The translations under genes and the position numbers were made by a program. Under the pieces are notes generated by a model. It saw only the letters and a program-made list of their open reading frames with translations. It was not told the origin of the DNA and ran no database searches. 64,000 nucleotides of DNA from Clostridia bacterium. Its GTDB lineage: Bacteria; Bacillota; Clostridia; Christensenellales; Borkfalkiaceae. This document shows, in pieces, positions 45,288 through 56,660 of this stretch; within the stretch, counting starts at the first letter, position 1; every line of letters starts with the position of its first letter. The stretch covers positions 21,226 through 85,225 of the forward strand of contig JAFVWA010000224.1 of assembly GCA_017501885.1 (NCBI GenBank), given 5' to 3'.

Positions 45288-47060
45288 ATGAAAGGTTTTG
45301 ACGCTAAGTTCATGGACGAACTTAAAAGCAAAAACGACCTTGTTGACGTGGTGAGTCAATACGTTAAGTTAGAGCAACGCGGTTCTAACTTTTGGGGGAG
45401 ATGCCCATTCCACCACGAAAAGACGGCGTCTTTTTGCGTTAATTCCATAGACCAGTTTTACTACTGCTTCGGCTGTCACACCAGCGGAGACGTGGTTACT
45501 TTTATCATGCACGTAGAATCGCTTGACTTTTTAGATGCCGTTAAGTTTTTGGCAGAACGCGCCAAAATGCAACTTCCACAAGTAAACTACGACGACGAAA
45601 AGGTTAAAGAACAGAAAAAACTAAAACAACGTCTTTTAGACTTGCTTAGGGAAACGGCGCTCTTTTACGTGGGGAATTTGCGTTCGGCAAAAGGGGATAA
45701 CCACTACGCGTATATTCGCAAAAGGGGTTTTACCGAACAGACGGTTTTGGCTTTTGGCATGGGTGCTTCGTTTAACTATAACGATCTTCCTAACCATTTA
45801 AGGTCGAAAGGTTACACAAGACAAGAAATGCTTTTAGCAGGCGTTGTCGGTGGGGACGAAAACAGGTGTTACGATCCACTTGCAGGTAGACTCATTATCC
45901 CTATGATAGACCAGTTTAACAACGTTGTGGCGTTCGACGGTAGACGAATTGACAATATAAAAGAACAAAAATACATCAACACCAAAGAAACGCAAATATT
46001 TATAAAGGGAAAAACGCTATTTAATATAAACAACCTAAAAAAGGTTAAAAACGAGCAGGGAATAGACTCTGTCATTATCGTTGAAGGACACTTAGACGTA
46101 GTTTCTCTTTATCAAGCAGGGTTTAGAAACGTCGTTGCGAGCATGGGCACGGCACTTACCAAAGACCAAGCGAGAATATTAAAGAGATATTCGGAAAAAA
46201 TAATTATAAGCTACGACGGTGATTCGGCAGGACAAAAGGCGATTATGCGTGGGCTTGATATTTTGAGCGAAGAAGGTTTAGACGTAAAAGTTGCCGTTAT
46301 GCCCGAAGGCAAAGATCCCGACGACGTTATTAGAGAACGCGGTGCGGAAGGGTATAGAGAAATCTTGCTTAACGCCAAACCGCTCGTTGACTTTAAGATA
46401 GACGTTTTGAAAAAGACTTACGATATAAAAACGGTTGACGGAAAGCGTAAGTTTATAATTTCCGCAGTAAACGTTATTCGAGAAAGCACTTCTCCCGCAG
46501 AGCAAGAAGATTTACTTAAAATCGTCCGCGACGCGACGGGCACTACGTTAGAAGCCTTAAAGAGAGAACTTTACAAAGAACCCGAAAAAAATCAAAACAC
46601 ACAACCGCAAGTAACCACCGAAGTAGGTGACACCACGGGTGGCAAAAACGTTTTAGCGGCAAGGTTTATATTGTATTCGTATCTCTTTAACAAACCCTAC
46701 GCGTGGGAGTATGACGTAAACAAACTCAACTTGCAACTTGCCGAGCATAAATACATTCAAAAGTATCTTGCTTCCAAGCAAGAAAAGGGCGAGCGCGCTA
46801 AGTTTAACGAACTTTACGAAGAACAGTTTGACGGCGGAGAACAAGAACTTTCACGTATCGCAGGCTTAGAAACTAACGAGAAAAAGTTTGACCAAGCAAC
46901 TTATTTTTACGATTGTTTAAGGACGTTAAAAAATGCTTATCTATCCACCGAGATAGAAAGTTTAAACAAGATGTTCGCGAGCGAAACGGACACCGAAAAA
47001 CGCAAGGAAATTGCTAAGAGATTGGCAGAACTTCTTGCAGAAAAGAATAAAAGGATATAA
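45288..47060 (+). CDS. dnaG: DNA primase
   Basis: [11 protein letters not shown]...CFGCH zinc finger and EGHLDV Toprim motif. Confidence 0.95.
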   Translation: MKGFDAKFMDELKSKNDLVDVVSQYVKLEQRGSNFWGRCPFHHEKTASFCVNSIDQFYYCFGCHTSGDVVTFIMHVESLDFLDAVKFLAERAKMQLPQVNYDDEKVKEQKKLKQRLLDLLRETALFYVGNLRSAKGDNHYAYIRKRGFTEQTVLAFGMGASFNYNDLPNHLRSKGYTRQEMLLAGVVGGDENRCYDPLAGRLIIPMIDQFNNVVAFDGRRIDNIKEQKYINTKETQIFIKGKTLFNINNLKKVKNEQGIDSVIIVEGHLDVVSLYQAGFRNVVASMGTALTKDQARILKRYSEKIIISYDGDSAGQKAIMRGLDILSEEGLDVKVAVMPEGKDPDDVIRERGAEGYREILLNAKPLVDFKIDVLKKTYDIKTVDGKRKFIISAVNVIRESTSPAEQEDLLKIVRDATGTTLEALKRELYKEPEKNQNTQPQVTTEVGDTTGGKNVLAARFILYSYLFNKPYAWEYDVNKLNLQLAEHKYIQKYLASKQEKGERAKFNELYEEQFDGGEQELSRIAGLETNEKKFDQATYFYDCLRTLKNAYLSTEIESLNKMFASETDTEKRKEIAKRLAELLAEKNKRI

Positions 47061-47089
47061 TGCGGAAAATTCCGCAGGAGGAACAGTTC

Positions 47090-48205
47090 ATGGATGAAAT
47101 CAGCGATTTATTAAAAAGTGGTAAATACGAAGAAAAGACGTCTAACGCGCCCGTTACTTTATCAGAAGAATTAGTTGGGGTTGTTGGCGACATCGTATTG
47201 GAATTTAAAAAGGTTGGCAGTATTACCAGCACTCAACTTTTCGACAAGCTTGAAAAGTTGCAAGTTACCCCCGAAGAATTAGAAGAAGTTTATAAAATCT
47301 TTGATAACTCGGGCATTCAAATTATCAATGAATACGAAAAAGACAAGGACCTTTACGATCTTCTTTTCAAAGAAGACAGAATGGCTGACCCTGTTAAGAT
47401 GTATCTTAAAGACATCGGTAAAGTTCCACTTCTTCAACCAGACGAAGAAACCGAACTTGCTAAGCGCATGATGGAAGGCGACGAAGCCGCTAAAAAATTG
47501 CTTTCTGAAGCAAACCTTCGTTTAGTTGTTTCTATCGCAAAAAGATACATGGGTAGGGGCATGCAATTCCTTGATTTAATTCAAGAGGGCAACTTAGGTC
47601 TTATGAAGGCGGTTGAAAAGTTCGACTACCAAAAAGGCTTTAAGTTCTCAACCTACGCAACGTGGTGGATTCGTCAAGCTATCACGAGAGCTATTGCCGA
47701 CCAAGCAAGAACGATAAGAATCCCCGTTCACATGGTCGAAACTATCAATAAACTCATCCGTGTTTCAAGAAAACTCTTACAAGAACTCGGCAGAGAACCC
47801 AACCCTTCTGAAATCGCTGCGGAAATGGGCATTACCGAAGAAAGAGTTATGGAAATTCAAAAAATTGCGCAAGACCCCGTTTCTTTGGAAACGCCTATCG
47901 GTGAAGAAGAAGATAGCCACCTTTCCGACTTTATTGAAGACGAAGGTAGCGTTTCTCCAACCGAAGCAGTTGCTTTCACCATGCTTAAAGAACAACTTTT
48001 GGGCGTGTTAGATACGCTTACCCCAAGAGAAGAAAAAGTTTTGCGTTTGCGCTATGGCTTAGACGACAGCAGACCAAGAACTTTAGAAGAAGTTGGTAAA
48101 GAATTTAACGTTACTCGTGAAAGAATTCGTCAAATAGAGGCAAAAGCGCTTAGAAAACTTCGTCACCCAAGCCGTTCAAAAAGGCTTAAAGACTTTTTAG
48201 ACTAA
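47090..48205 (+). CDS. sigA: primary RNA polymerase sigma factor (SigA/RpoD)
   Basis: Regions 1.2-4.2 are intact ([27 protein letters not shown]). Start set at ATG 47090, 8 nt after AGGAGG. Confidence 0.95.
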   Translation: MDEISDLLKSGKYEEKTSNAPVTLSEELVGVVGDIVLEFKKVGSITSTQLFDKLEKLQVTPEELEEVYKIFDNSGIQIINEYEKDKDLYDLLFKEDRMADPVKMYLKDIGKVPLLQPDEETELAKRMMEGDEAAKKLLSEANLRLVVSIAKRYMGRGMQFLDLIQEGNLGLMKAVEKFDYQKGFKFSTYATWWIRQAITRAIADQARTIRIPVHMVETINKLIRVSRKLLQELGREPNPSEIAAEMGITEERVMEIQKIAQDPVSLETPIGEEEDSHLSDFIEDEGSVSPTEAVAFTMLKEQLLGVLDTLTPREEKVLRLRYGLDDSRPRTLEEVGKEFNVTRERIRQIEAKALRKLRHPSRSKRLKDFLD

Positions 48206-48206
48206 T

Positions 48207-48854
48207 ATGACCAAGCGTTTAGAACAAATTTTTTCGCTTATTCCCACTTGCGATACCTTCGCGGATATCGGCTGTGACCACGGCTACATCGCAAAGAAAA
48301 TGATAGAAAGTGGAAAGTGTAAAAAGGTAGTTATCTCTGACGTCAGCGCTAAGTGTTTGGCAAAAGCCCAAGACCTTTTAAGCGATGAAATTAGCGACGG
48401 TAGAGCGGTGGCGGTTGTTTCCGACGGTTTTGACAATCTTCCGCCCGTTGACCTTGCTCTTATTGCAGGTATGGGTGGAGAAGAAATTTGTGCAATTCTT
48501 AGTAAGGCAAATACTTTGCCCCAAAGCCTTGTTTTGCAACCCATGAAAAACACCCAAAAGGTGCGTTTAATGGCGGTAAAACTTGGCTACTGCATAAAAA
48601 AAGATTTTACCTTTTTATGTGGAAAAATCTTCTACGACCTTATTTTAGCAGAACGAGGAGTAGATTCGCTCAGCGATGAAGAAGCCGAGTTCGGTAGAAC
48701 TAACCTAAGCGAAAAACCCGTTGCGTTTATAAAAAAGTTAAAAAACAAAATTGCTTCGCTTAAAAAATTTGCAAGTGGTAAAGGCGTTAAGATAGACACT
48801 AAAGAGCAAATGGAAAATGAAGCAAAAAGGCTACAAAATTATGTTGACGATTGA
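48207..48854 (+). CDS. trmK: tRNA (adenine22-N1)-methyltransferase
   Basis: ADIGCDHGY SAM motif. Conserved position after sigA. Confidence 0.85.
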   Translation: MTKRLEQIFSLIPTCDTFADIGCDHGYIAKKMIESGKCKKVVISDVSAKCLAKAQDLLSDEISDGRAVAVVSDGFDNLPPVDLALIAGMGGEEICAILSKANTLPQSLVLQPMKNTQKVRLMAVKLGYCIKKDFTFLCGKIFYDLILAERGVDSLSDEEAEFGRTNLSEKPVAFIKKLKNKIASLKKFASGKGVKIDTKEQMENEAKRLQNYVDD

Positions 48855-49635
48855 TAAACTTTATACCATTTTAGACGGTGTTGCGCCCTTTGATATAAGC
48901 AAAGAAATTATTAAAAACGGTGGACACGATAACAGCGGTATAATACTTAATTTACATAAAAACGTTGAAAAAATTGCTTTTTCTTTAGATTTTTCTGAAA
49001 AAGCCGTTGATTTTGCTGTAAGGAATAAGTGCGACACGCTTATAACCCACCACCCTGCGATTTACTATCCCATTAGTGAGATAGACCATAGCGAGCCTTT
49101 ATCTTCGGCTCTTGTTAAAGCCATAAAAAAGGGTATAAACGTAATATCTATGCACTTAAATTTAGACGAAGCCCAAAAGGGCATTGACCACTACTTAGCA
49201 AAAGCATTAGGCGCAACTAATACCAAAATCATTGAAAAAGATTATCTTGACTATGGCTACGGCAGAGAATTTTGCCTAAACGCTACCACCTTAAAAGACT
49301 TGGTTTCAAGTCTTAAAAAGGCGCTTAATTCAAACAAAATCACCGTTTACGGAAGCCAAAACTTTACCTTTAACAAGGTCGCTTCTTTTTGCGGTGGGGG
49401 TAGTTCGCACGCGCTAAAAGCCGTGTGCGATAATAAAACTGACGCGTGTGTTATTGTTACTTCGGACGCACCGCATCACGTTATTAAAGAACTTGTCGAA
49501 AGGGGCAAAGCCGTCGTGCTTCCTACCCACTATTCGGCGGAAAATTACGGATTTAAGAAATTCTACGGCGATATTTCCCAAACCATTTTGGGAAGCGCGC
49601 AAACGTATTATTTTGAAGATAAAAGATTTTTATAA
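48841..49635 (+). CDS. Nif3-like dinuclear metal-centre protein (YqfO family)
   Basis: LITHHP motif and conserved synteny. Start trimmed to ATG 48841. Confidence 0.85.
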   Translation: MLTIDKLYTILDGVAPFDISKEIIKNGGHDNSGIILNLHKNVEKIAFSLDFSEKAVDFAVRNKCDTLITHHPAIYYPISEIDHSEPLSSALVKAIKKGINVISMHLNLDEAQKGIDHYLAKALGATNTKIIEKDYLDYGYGREFCLNATTLKDLVSSLKKALNSNKITVYGSQNFTFNKVASFCGGGSSHALKAVCDNKTDACVIVTSDAPHHVIKELVERGKAVVLPTHYSAENYGFKKFYGDISQTILGSAQTYYFEDKRFL

Positions 49636-49652
49636 GAGTAGGAGAAAAGGAT

Positions 49653-50348
49653 ATGATTAAAGATTTACTCAACTACCAACAAGCGGACGCTAAACTTCGC
49701 AAAATAGAAGTGGAACTCAGTTCAAGCACGGCAAGAAAAAAAGCCGCTTCTGCAAGAGTTTACATTGAAGGGGTTAACGAAAACGTTAACAAATTAGACG
49801 ATAAGGCAGGGCACCTTGCTCAAGAATCTCAAAACATTGCAGACCAATGCAAAAATTTAAGTGAACAACTTAGCGAATTAGAAAGGGCCATCGCTGGTGC
49901 TGATGACGTTAACCAAATAAATTTCTACATTAAAAAGGCAGAAGACCTTATTGCGCAAATTAAGTCTTTAAGTGCAAGCCTTAACAAGAACGGGGATGAA
50001 TCCCAAAAGGTTGTTAAGGAATATTCAACAATTAAAGCACAGACCAAAAACGCGCAAGCACAATACGCTGAATCTAAAGAAGAATACGATAAATTAAAGG
50101 CTTCTTTTAAGCAAGAAATGGACGATATAAACAAGGAACTTGAAAGTCTTAAAAAGTCGGTTGACGCTACGCTTATGGAAAAATACCAAAAAAAGCGCGC
50201 CAACAAGATTTTCCCAATCGTTTATCCTGTAACTTCGGGCGTTTGTGGATATTGCCGTATGGAACTTTCTATGTTAGAACTTAACAAACTCAAAAACGGC
50301 GAGATTATCGAATGCGATCAATGTGGAAGTATACTTTATCAAGAATAA
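49653..50348 (+). CDS. coiled-coil protein with C-terminal C4 zinc ribbon (COG1579)
   Basis: CGYC...CDQCG ribbon and long coiled coil. Conserved partner of nif3. Confidence 0.75.
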   Translation: MIKDLLNYQQADAKLRKIEVELSSSTARKKAASARVYIEGVNENVNKLDDKAGHLAQESQNIADQCKNLSEQLSELERAIAGADDVNQINFYIKKAEDLIAQIKSLSASLNKNGDESQKVVKEYSTIKAQTKNAQAQYAESKEEYDKLKASFKQEMDDINKELESLKKSVDATLMEKYQKKRANKIFPIVYPVTSGVCGYCRMELSMLELNKLKNGEIIECDQCGSILYQE

Positions 50349-50361
50349 TAATCGACAAATT

Positions 50362-50396
50362 AAACGCTCCGCTTTATGCGGAGCGTTTTTGCTTTT
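50362..50396 (+). terminator. rho-independent terminator
   Basis: Stem AAACGCTCCGC / GCGGAGCGTTT followed by a T-run. Confidence 0.85.
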
Positions 50397-50437
50397 AAAT
50401 AATATTTAAATTATATTAAAATATTTTATTTAAAGCA

Positions 50438-50466
50438 TTGTAAAAAAGCCGTTTTTTTGTTATAAT
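50438..50466 (+). promoter_or_regulatory. sigma-A promoter for ftsK
   Basis: TTGTAA (50438-50443), 17 nt spacer, TGtTATAAT (-10 at 50461-50466). Confidence 0.7.
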
Positions 50467-50495
50467 TTATGGTAGTAATTAAAAAGGACTTCAAA

Positions 50496-53400
50496 ATGAG
50501 CAATATGGACAACAACCCTAACCCAAACGGTAGGGGAAAAAGCGAAAAACAGAGTATTTGGACAAAAGAAACTTTAGGGGTGGTTTTGATTTTATTTTCC
50601 ACCTTGGTTTTAGTTTGCCTTATAACAAGGGGAAGTGTGTTTTCTAAGCCCGGCGAATGGGTTAACACTTTCTTTTTTGGCTGTTTTGGGTATTTTGCTT
50701 ACCTTGTTTTAGGGCTTACCGTTTACTACGGCTTAGTTTGTATAACTGGTAAACGCATTTCTCTTTCTAAAAAAATTAAGATTTACGCTTGGTTAAGCGT
50801 TATAGCGCTTGCATTTTTATTGCACGTTATCACCATGCGTAACCATGTTGGCGGATACGGTAGTTATATCGTGGAATCATACGTTAAAGCTCGCGCAGGC
50901 GGAATGACCACTTGTTCTGGCGGTGGCTTCTTTGTGGGAATGTTTGCCTATCTTTTCCCAGCCATTTTAAAGAACGTGGGAAGCTACGTAGTGTTATCTA
51001 TTCTTCTTGCCCTTTGCATCTTCTTAATCGTAAAAACCGTTAGGGAAGAAAAGCAAGGCTTAGTAAACTCATCTCGTCAAGTGGTTAGTTCTACTTTCGT
51101 GCCTAACCCACAAACCGTTCAAAATTCTTTGCCAAACGGCGTTGAATTACAAGGCGAAAAAGATTATCCCGTAGATTTTGCCGTTCCCGAACAACCTTCG
51201 GGCAGACAAAAGCTTTTTGTAGCAGGCGCTCGTAAGGATGATTTTAGGGCGCGTCCAAAAACCAAAGACGGCGCGCAAACGTCTATTAAAGTGGATTACA
51301 CTTCGGGTGGCTTAGGAGTAGTAAGTTCTGCAAAACCTTATTCTCAGTCTTATACCGACGATATGCAGAGTAAGATTGACTACATTAAAACGCCAAGTCC
51401 TATTAACGTAGAAAAAACCGATTATCAAAAACCGGTGGAAACGCCTACGAGAGTTTCCGACTATATTAAACCGCAAGCGCCTATTTCTAACAGCGCGCCC
51501 GCGGTAGAAGATACCGACAAAAACTCGGTTAACGAAATTCCGCTTTTTGAACACGACCAACCTTCGATTATCAAAAACGATGCCGAAAGTCACGCGATGC
51601 GTTTTAGTAGGTTTGCCGACATGGAAGAAACGGTTTTAGATTCTTCTGACGTTACTCCTGCCGAAATCGTTCGCCCACTTCCACAAGACCAAGTAGAGGA
51701 CGATAACCCCGAAGAAGTTATCGATAGCGTTCCTTTCGTTGACGAGTCGGTTTTTGAAAATCAAGAACAAGTGGTGGAAGACGATTATATCGAAAACGTG
51801 GTAGAACAACCACCCGTTTCTTCGGTAACGAGAGAACGTGCAAGAAGCATTTTCGATATTTCCGAAACAAAAGCTGAAGAAGAAACTGAAACTGAACCCG
51901 AAAAGCCCACGACTTCGTTTGGTGGGGAAGATTTAGGTAGCGCATCTACGCGTAGAAGAACTTATAGTTTTCAAGATTCCGAGCCAGAACCCGAGCCACA
52001 GCCCGAACCTGAGCCTGAAAAACCTGCAAAACCTGCTCCACCTATAAACAGAGAATATTTCCGTCCACCGTTTGATTTATTGCAAAAATACGAAAAGGTT
52101 CCCGTTGGCGAAAGTGAAGACCATAACGCCAACATGGAAACTATAAAGCAAACGCTTTCGGAATTTAACATTAACGCCGAACCCCAAGACTTTATACAAG
52201 GTCCGTCTATAACCCGTTACGAGATTATGATGCCCGCGGGCGTATCCGTTCGCAAGGTGTTAAACTATTCGGACAACTTGCAAATGCGTTTAGAAAGCAA
52301 AGAAGGCGTTCGTATTCAAGCGCCTATCCCAGGTAAAAACCTTGTAGGTATTGAAATAGCAAACAAAAACCCCGAAATGGTAGGACTTCGCGAAGTTATG
52401 GAACTTGCCGCAAGCCAAGGTAAGTCTAAACCTGGTTCACTCATGTTTGCTTTGGGAAAAGACGTAGTTGGTAAACCCGTTACCGACAACCTTGCAAAAG
52501 GTCCACACTATCTTATTGCAGGTTCAACCGGTTCTGGTAAATCAGTTTGTCTTAACGCTATGCTCGTAAGCTTAATAATGCGTTATAGCCCCGAAGAACT
52601 TAAACTATTCTTAGTAGACCCTAAAACGGTTGAATTTTCGGCATACAAGCATTTGCCACACCTTATGATAGATGAAATCATTACTTCACCTAAAAAGGCG
52701 ATAGAAATGCTTAAATGGGCACACGGAGAAATGGAAAGGCGCTTTAAAGTGCTTAACGACTGCGGTGCATTCGTAGTTGACATAAACGGCTACAACGAAC
52801 GCGTTGCGAGTGACACCGTGCCTAAGATGCCAAGAATAGTCATTGTTATCGACGAACTTGCCGACCTTATGCAAGAAGGCAAGAAGGAAATTGAAAGGGA
52901 AATTTGCGCTATCGCACAAAAAGCGCGTGCCGTTGGTATTCACCTTGTAATTGCTACTCAGCGTCCGTCAGTTGACGTTATTACGGGAACTATTAAGGCA
53001 AACTTGCCTTCTCGTATCGCGTTTAAGGTTATGAGCTTTATCGACTCTCAAACCATACTTAGCGAAGCGGGTGCAGAAAAACTTTTGGGTAACGGCGACA
53101 TGCTTTATAAGAACGCGCAAATGCCGGGAACTGAAAGATATCAAGGCGCTTATATCACAAGCGTAGAAGTAAACAACGTCGTTCAATATATCATTCAAAA
53201 CAACGAAGCGTATTTTGACGACGAACTTAAAGAATACTTAGAAAAGGCAGCAAATCCCCAACCCGAACCCGAGCCTACACAAGGACACGTTAGTGGGGAC
53301 AACACCGAAGCCAACGACGTTTTCTTAAAGGCTTTATGGTTTGCGGTTAACTCGGGCAACATTTCTATCTCGTCTATGCAACGCCGTTTTGGAATGGGCT

Positions 53401-53558
53401 TTTCAAAGGCAGGCGGTATCATGGACAAAATGGATAGAATGGGCTTCGTTTCGCCAAGCGAAGGAAGCAATAAACCGAGAAAGGTTTTATTGTCAAGAGA
53501 AGAATTTGTAGAAAGGTTTGGCGAAGTTCCGCCTGAAAACCCATCTGATTTGTTTTAA
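50496..53558 (+). CDS. ftsK: DNA translocase FtsK/SpoIIIE
   Basis: N-terminal TM helices, a long acidic Pro/Glu linker, the motor domain GSTGSGKS, and a C-terminal gamma (winged-helix) domain. Confidence 0.93.
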   Translation: MSNMDNNPNPNGRGKSEKQSIWTKETLGVVLILFSTLVLVCLITRGSVFSKPGEWVNTFFFGCFGYFAYLVLGLTVYYGLVCITGKRISLSKKIKIYAWLSVIALAFLLHVITMRNHVGGYGSYIVESYVKARAGGMTTCSGGGFFVGMFAYLFPAILKNVGSYVVLSILLALCIFLIVKTVREEKQGLVNSSRQVVSSTFVPNPQTVQNSLPNGVELQGEKDYPVDFAVPEQPSGRQKLFVAGARKDDFRARPKTKDGAQTSIKVDYTSGGLGVVSSAKPYSQSYTDDMQSKIDYIKTPSPINVEKTDYQKPVETPTRVSDYIKPQAPISNSAPAVEDTDKNSVNEIPLFEHDQPSIIKNDAESHAMRFSRFADMEETVLDSSDVTPAEIVRPLPQDQVEDDNPEEVIDSVPFVDESVFENQEQVVEDDYIENVVEQPPVSSVTRERARSIFDISETKAEEETETEPEKPTTSFGGEDLGSASTRRRTYSFQDSEPEPEPQPEPEPEKPAKPAPPINREYFRPPFDLLQKYEKVPVGESEDHNANMETIKQTLSEFNINAEPQDFIQGPSITRYEIMMPAGVSVRKVLNYSDNLQMRLESKEGVRIQAPIPGKNLVGIEIANKNPEMVGLREVMELAASQGKSKPGSLMFALGKDVVGKPVTDNLAKGPHYLIAGSTGSGKSVCLNAMLVSLIMRYSPEELKLFLVDPKTVEFSAYKHLPHLMIDEIITSPKKAIEMLKWAHGEMERRFKVLNDCGAFVVDINGYNERVASDTVPKMPRIVIVIDELADLMQEGKKEIEREICAIAQKARAVGIHLVIATQRPSVDVITGTIKANLPSRIAFKVMSFIDSQTILSEAGAEKLLGNGDMLYKNAQMPGTERYQGAYITSVEVNNVVQYIIQNNEAYFDDELKEYLEKAANPQPEPEPTQGHVSGDNTEANDVFLKALWFAVNSGNISISSMQRRFGMGFSKAGGIMDKMDRMGFVSPSEGSNKPRKVLLSREEFVERFGEVPPENPSDLF

Positions 53559-53566
53559 GGACTGAT

Positions 53567-54880
53567 ATGGAAAAAATAAGAGTGGGTGTTATATCTCTCG
53601 GTTGTGATAAGAATCGAGTGGATACCGAAAAGATGCTCGGCATATTATCAGACGAATTTTTAATCGTGGATAACCCCGAAAGTGCCGACGTGATTATAAT
53701 CAACACGTGCGCATTTTTGGAAAGTGCAAGAAAGGAAGCCATAGAAGAAATTCTTTGGGCAAGCGCATTAAAAGGGTATAACCCCAATCTAAAACTCATA
53801 GTTACGGGGTGTTTACCACAAAAGTTCGTGGGAGATATTTTTGAAGAACTTCCAGAAGTGGACGCATTTTTGGGCGTTTCCGATTACGCTGATATTAAAG
53901 AGGTTATTCATAAAACTCTAAAAGGTCAAAGGGTAAATTCAGTTGGCGAGCCAAGGGGCGAGTGCGGAACGCACCGCATTCTTACCACAAACGGTTATGC
54001 TTATCTAAAAATAGCCGACGGTTGCTCTAACCATTGCACCTATTGTCTTATCCCTTCGATAAGGGGAAAATACCGTTCGGTGCAAATGAACGACTTATTA
54101 TTAGAAGCAAAATCACTCGGCAAGACTAATGAACTAATTTTGGTTGCGCAAGACGTAACTAAATACGGCTTAGATTTAACACCAAAAACAAGCATTGTTG
54201 AACTGATAAAAGAACTTTCTAAACTTGACAATATCTGTCACATAAGACTGTTATATTGTTATCCAGAAAGCGTTTCAGACGAACTTATTGAAGAAATTAG
54301 AAATAACCCAAAGGTTATAAAATACATAGACATGCCCTTGCAACACGCGGACGATACTATTCTTAAACTCATGAACAGAAAGGGCTCTTTCGACGGGTAT
54401 CTAGCGCTCGTTAACAAACTTAAAGAGCGCGTTCCAACCATTGCAATTCGCTCGACTTTTATAACGGGATTCCCAGGGGAAACCGAGCAAGCGCACGAGC
54501 GACTTATTGAGTTTTTGCAAAAGGCTAAACTGTTTAACGCAGGCTTTTTCGCGTATAGTAGAGAACAAGGAACGCCTGCTTATAAACTTCCCGACCAAAT
54601 TGACGGAAAAACCAAAAACAAAAGACTTCGCGCGCTGTATTCGGCGCAAAAAAAGGTGGTTAAGCAAAACCTTAAAGAGTATTTGGGTAAAACTATTAGC
54701 GTCGTTTGTGAAGGTTTTGACCAAAATGCGTTGGTTTACTATGGAAGGGCGTATTTTAACGCTCCCGATATCGACGGGAAAATTTACTTTTTCTCTGCCG
54801 ACGAGATAGAATACGGAAAGTATTACGATATTAAAATACAAAAGGTTGACGGTTACGACCTTTACGGAGATAGATTATGA
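53567..54880 (+). CDS. rimO: ribosomal protein S12 methylthiotransferase
   Basis: SLGCDKNRVD N-terminus, radical-SAM CSNHCTYC and a C-terminal TRAM domain. Confidence 0.9.
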   Translation: MEKIRVGVISLGCDKNRVDTEKMLGILSDEFLIVDNPESADVIIINTCAFLESARKEAIEEILWASALKGYNPNLKLIVTGCLPQKFVGDIFEELPEVDAFLGVSDYADIKEVIHKTLKGQRVNSVGEPRGECGTHRILTTNGYAYLKIADGCSNHCTYCLIPSIRGKYRSVQMNDLLLEAKSLGKTNELILVAQDVTKYGLDLTPKTSIVELIKELSKLDNICHIRLLYCYPESVSDELIEEIRNNPKVIKYIDMPLQHADDTILKLMNRKGSFDGYLALVNKLKERVPTIAIRSTFITGFPGETEQAHERLIEFLQKAKLFNAGFFAYSREQGTPAYKLPDQIDGKTKNKRLRALYSAQKKVVKQNLKEYLGKTISVVCEGFDQNALVYYGRAYFNAPDIDGKIYFFSADEIEYGKYYDIKIQKVDGYDLYGDRL

Positions 54881-55449
54881 ATTTACCAAACAAGTTAACA
54901 CTTCTTAGAATTTTTATGATTCCCGTTTTCGTTGCGCTTTTTTATCTAAGCGTAATTCCCTTTAATTTCATAATCGCGTGCGGTGTTTTCGCTCTCGCTG
55001 CGTTTACTGATTTTTTGGACGGACATATTGCAAGAAAGTATAATTTGGTTACCGACTTTGGTAAGTTTTTAGATCCTATTGCAGATAAAGTTTTAGTTTC
55101 TACCGCGCTTATCATCATGATAGTTCCGCCAGCAGGAACGTTCATTCTTCCTTGGTATGCAAGCATTTGCGTTGCGGTAATTTTAGCAAGAGAACTTATA
55201 ATTAGCGGTTTCCGTCTTATTGCAGCAGGAAAAGGCATGGTTATCGCTGCTGATAAATCGGGCAAGATTAAAACCTTTTTAACGGATATCGCAATCGTTG
55301 TGTTGCTCGTTTCTGCAAACCTTACGGGCAAGGGCGGTGAAGTCGTTAATATTATAGGACAAGTTCTTTTCTACCTTTCAACCGCGCTCACCGTTTACTC
55401 GGGCATTGAGTGTATGATTAAAAACAAAGGAGTAATATCCAGCAAATAA
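54877..55449 (+). CDS. pgsA: CDP-diacylglycerol-glycerol-3-phosphate 3-phosphatidyltransferase
   Basis: DFLDGHIARKYNLVTDFGKFLDPIADK CDP-alcohol transferase motif. Confidence 0.93.
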   Translation: MNLPNKLTLLRIFMIPVFVALFYLSVIPFNFIIACGVFALAAFTDFLDGHIARKYNLVTDFGKFLDPIADKVLVSTALIIMIVPPAGTFILPWYASICVAVILARELIISGFRLIAAGKGMVIAADKSGKIKTFLTDIAIVVLLVSANLTGKGGEVVNIIGQVLFYLSTALTVYSGIECMIKNKGVISSK

Positions 55450-55450
55450 C

Positions 55451-56647
55451 ATGAAGACGGCGCTTATTCTTTTTAAGTCTTCGCTCGCGCCATTAGACGC
55501 TAAGCATTTAGACGGTGTTATGCAATCGTTAAGTCAAAACGGTTTTCCCGTAAGCACGGTGAAAATACTTTCTTTAAGCGATGATTTCGGCTTTAAGGCA
55601 AGTGTCAAAGAGTTTAAGGACACCGTTGATAACTTAATTATTGCTTATCACCCACAAGTGGACTTTGACGTAAAAAAGATTATTGCCGATTTAACGGACA
55701 CCACGCTTATTGAAAACGAAAATGCCGTTCATTTTGTAAAGGCCGTTTCCAATGCTCACGGCAGGGAATACCCACTTTCAAACGCGCTTATTCCCATGGA
55801 AGCAACGCTTATTCCCAACGAGACGGGGGCTTTCCAAGGCTTCGTGCTTGACGATAACGAGTTTACTTTGGCGCTCTTATCAAACGAGCAAAATGAATTT
55901 TCCGAAGCGTGTGAAAAGTATTTAGTTCCATACTGCCAAAGTAAGTTAAAGAGTAAAAATAAGATTTTAATTTTTAAGTATTTTGGCGGGGAAACACCCT
56001 TAAAAAACACCATAGATAAAGTAATCGAACAAGCAAAGAATCAAGTTCAAACGTCGCTAGAGTGTGAAAACGGCGACTGGACGATAAGAATTGCGTGTTC
56101 GGAAGAAGACGAAAAGGTCATTGCGAGAACGATTATTTCAGAACTTAAAGAAGACGTTTACGCAGAGTGCCAAACAGACCTTGGCGAAAGACTTTTCGAC
56201 TTGTTGAGACTGAGAAAATTAAAGCTTGCAACCGCCGAATCGTTTACGGGTGGCAGAGTTGTTTCAAGCGTTATTAAAAACCCAGGGGCTTCGAGTTTTG
56301 TGCATGAAGGCATAGTTGCATATAGCAACCAAAGTAAAGCGCACCGTTTAAACATAAACGAAGCCGATATATTAAAAGACGGTGCAGTAAGTTCGATGAC
56401 CGCTTATCGAATGGCGGCAGGCTTATTAAAAACGGGCAAGGCGGATATAGCCATTTCCACAACGGGTTTTGCAGGTCCTAAGACACAAGACTCAACCGAG
56501 CCTGTGGGACTATGCTTTATAGGAATAGGTATGATGGACGGCGTTCATACGTATAGACTAAACTTGCACGGTAGTAGAGAAGAAATAACCGAAACGGCAA
56601 AAAATACTGCGCTGTTTCTGGCAATAAAAAAACTTAAAAGTAAATAA
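55451..56647 (+). CDS. cinA: CinA-family protein (C-terminal nicotinamide-nucleotide amidohydrolase domain; divergent N-terminal domain)
   Basis: TAESFTGGR...ISTTGFAGP PncC-type C-terminal domain. Conserved position before recA. Confidence 0.8.
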   Translation: MKTALILFKSSLAPLDAKHLDGVMQSLSQNGFPVSTVKILSLSDDFGFKASVKEFKDTVDNLIIAYHPQVDFDVKKIIADLTDTTLIENENAVHFVKAVSNAHGREYPLSNALIPMEATLIPNETGAFQGFVLDDNEFTLALLSNEQNEFSEACEKYLVPYCQSKLKSKNKILIFKYFGGETPLKNTIDKVIEQAKNQVQTSLECENGDWTIRIACSEEDEKVIARTIISELKEDVYAECQTDLGERLFDLLRLRKLKLATAESFTGGRVVSSVIKNPGASSFVHEGIVAYSNQSKAHRLNINEADILKDGAVSSMTAYRMAAGLLKTGKADIAISTTGFAGPKTQDSTEPVGLCFIGIGMMDGVHTYRLNLHGSREEITETAKNTALFLAIKKLKSK

Positions 56648-56660
56648 AGAGGATAGAAAA

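Noticed and set aside
47062-47075. Palindrome GCGGAAAATTCCGC between dnaG and sigA
   Set aside because: It is short and lies within the alternative upstream start region of sigA. It could be a minor RNA hairpin, but nothing distinguishes it from chance.
51960-52040. PEPEPQPEPEPEKP low-complexity repeat in FtsK (and a second PQPEPEP near 53260)
   Set aside because: Pro/Glu-rich linkers between the membrane and motor domains are normal for FtsK/SpoIIIE.
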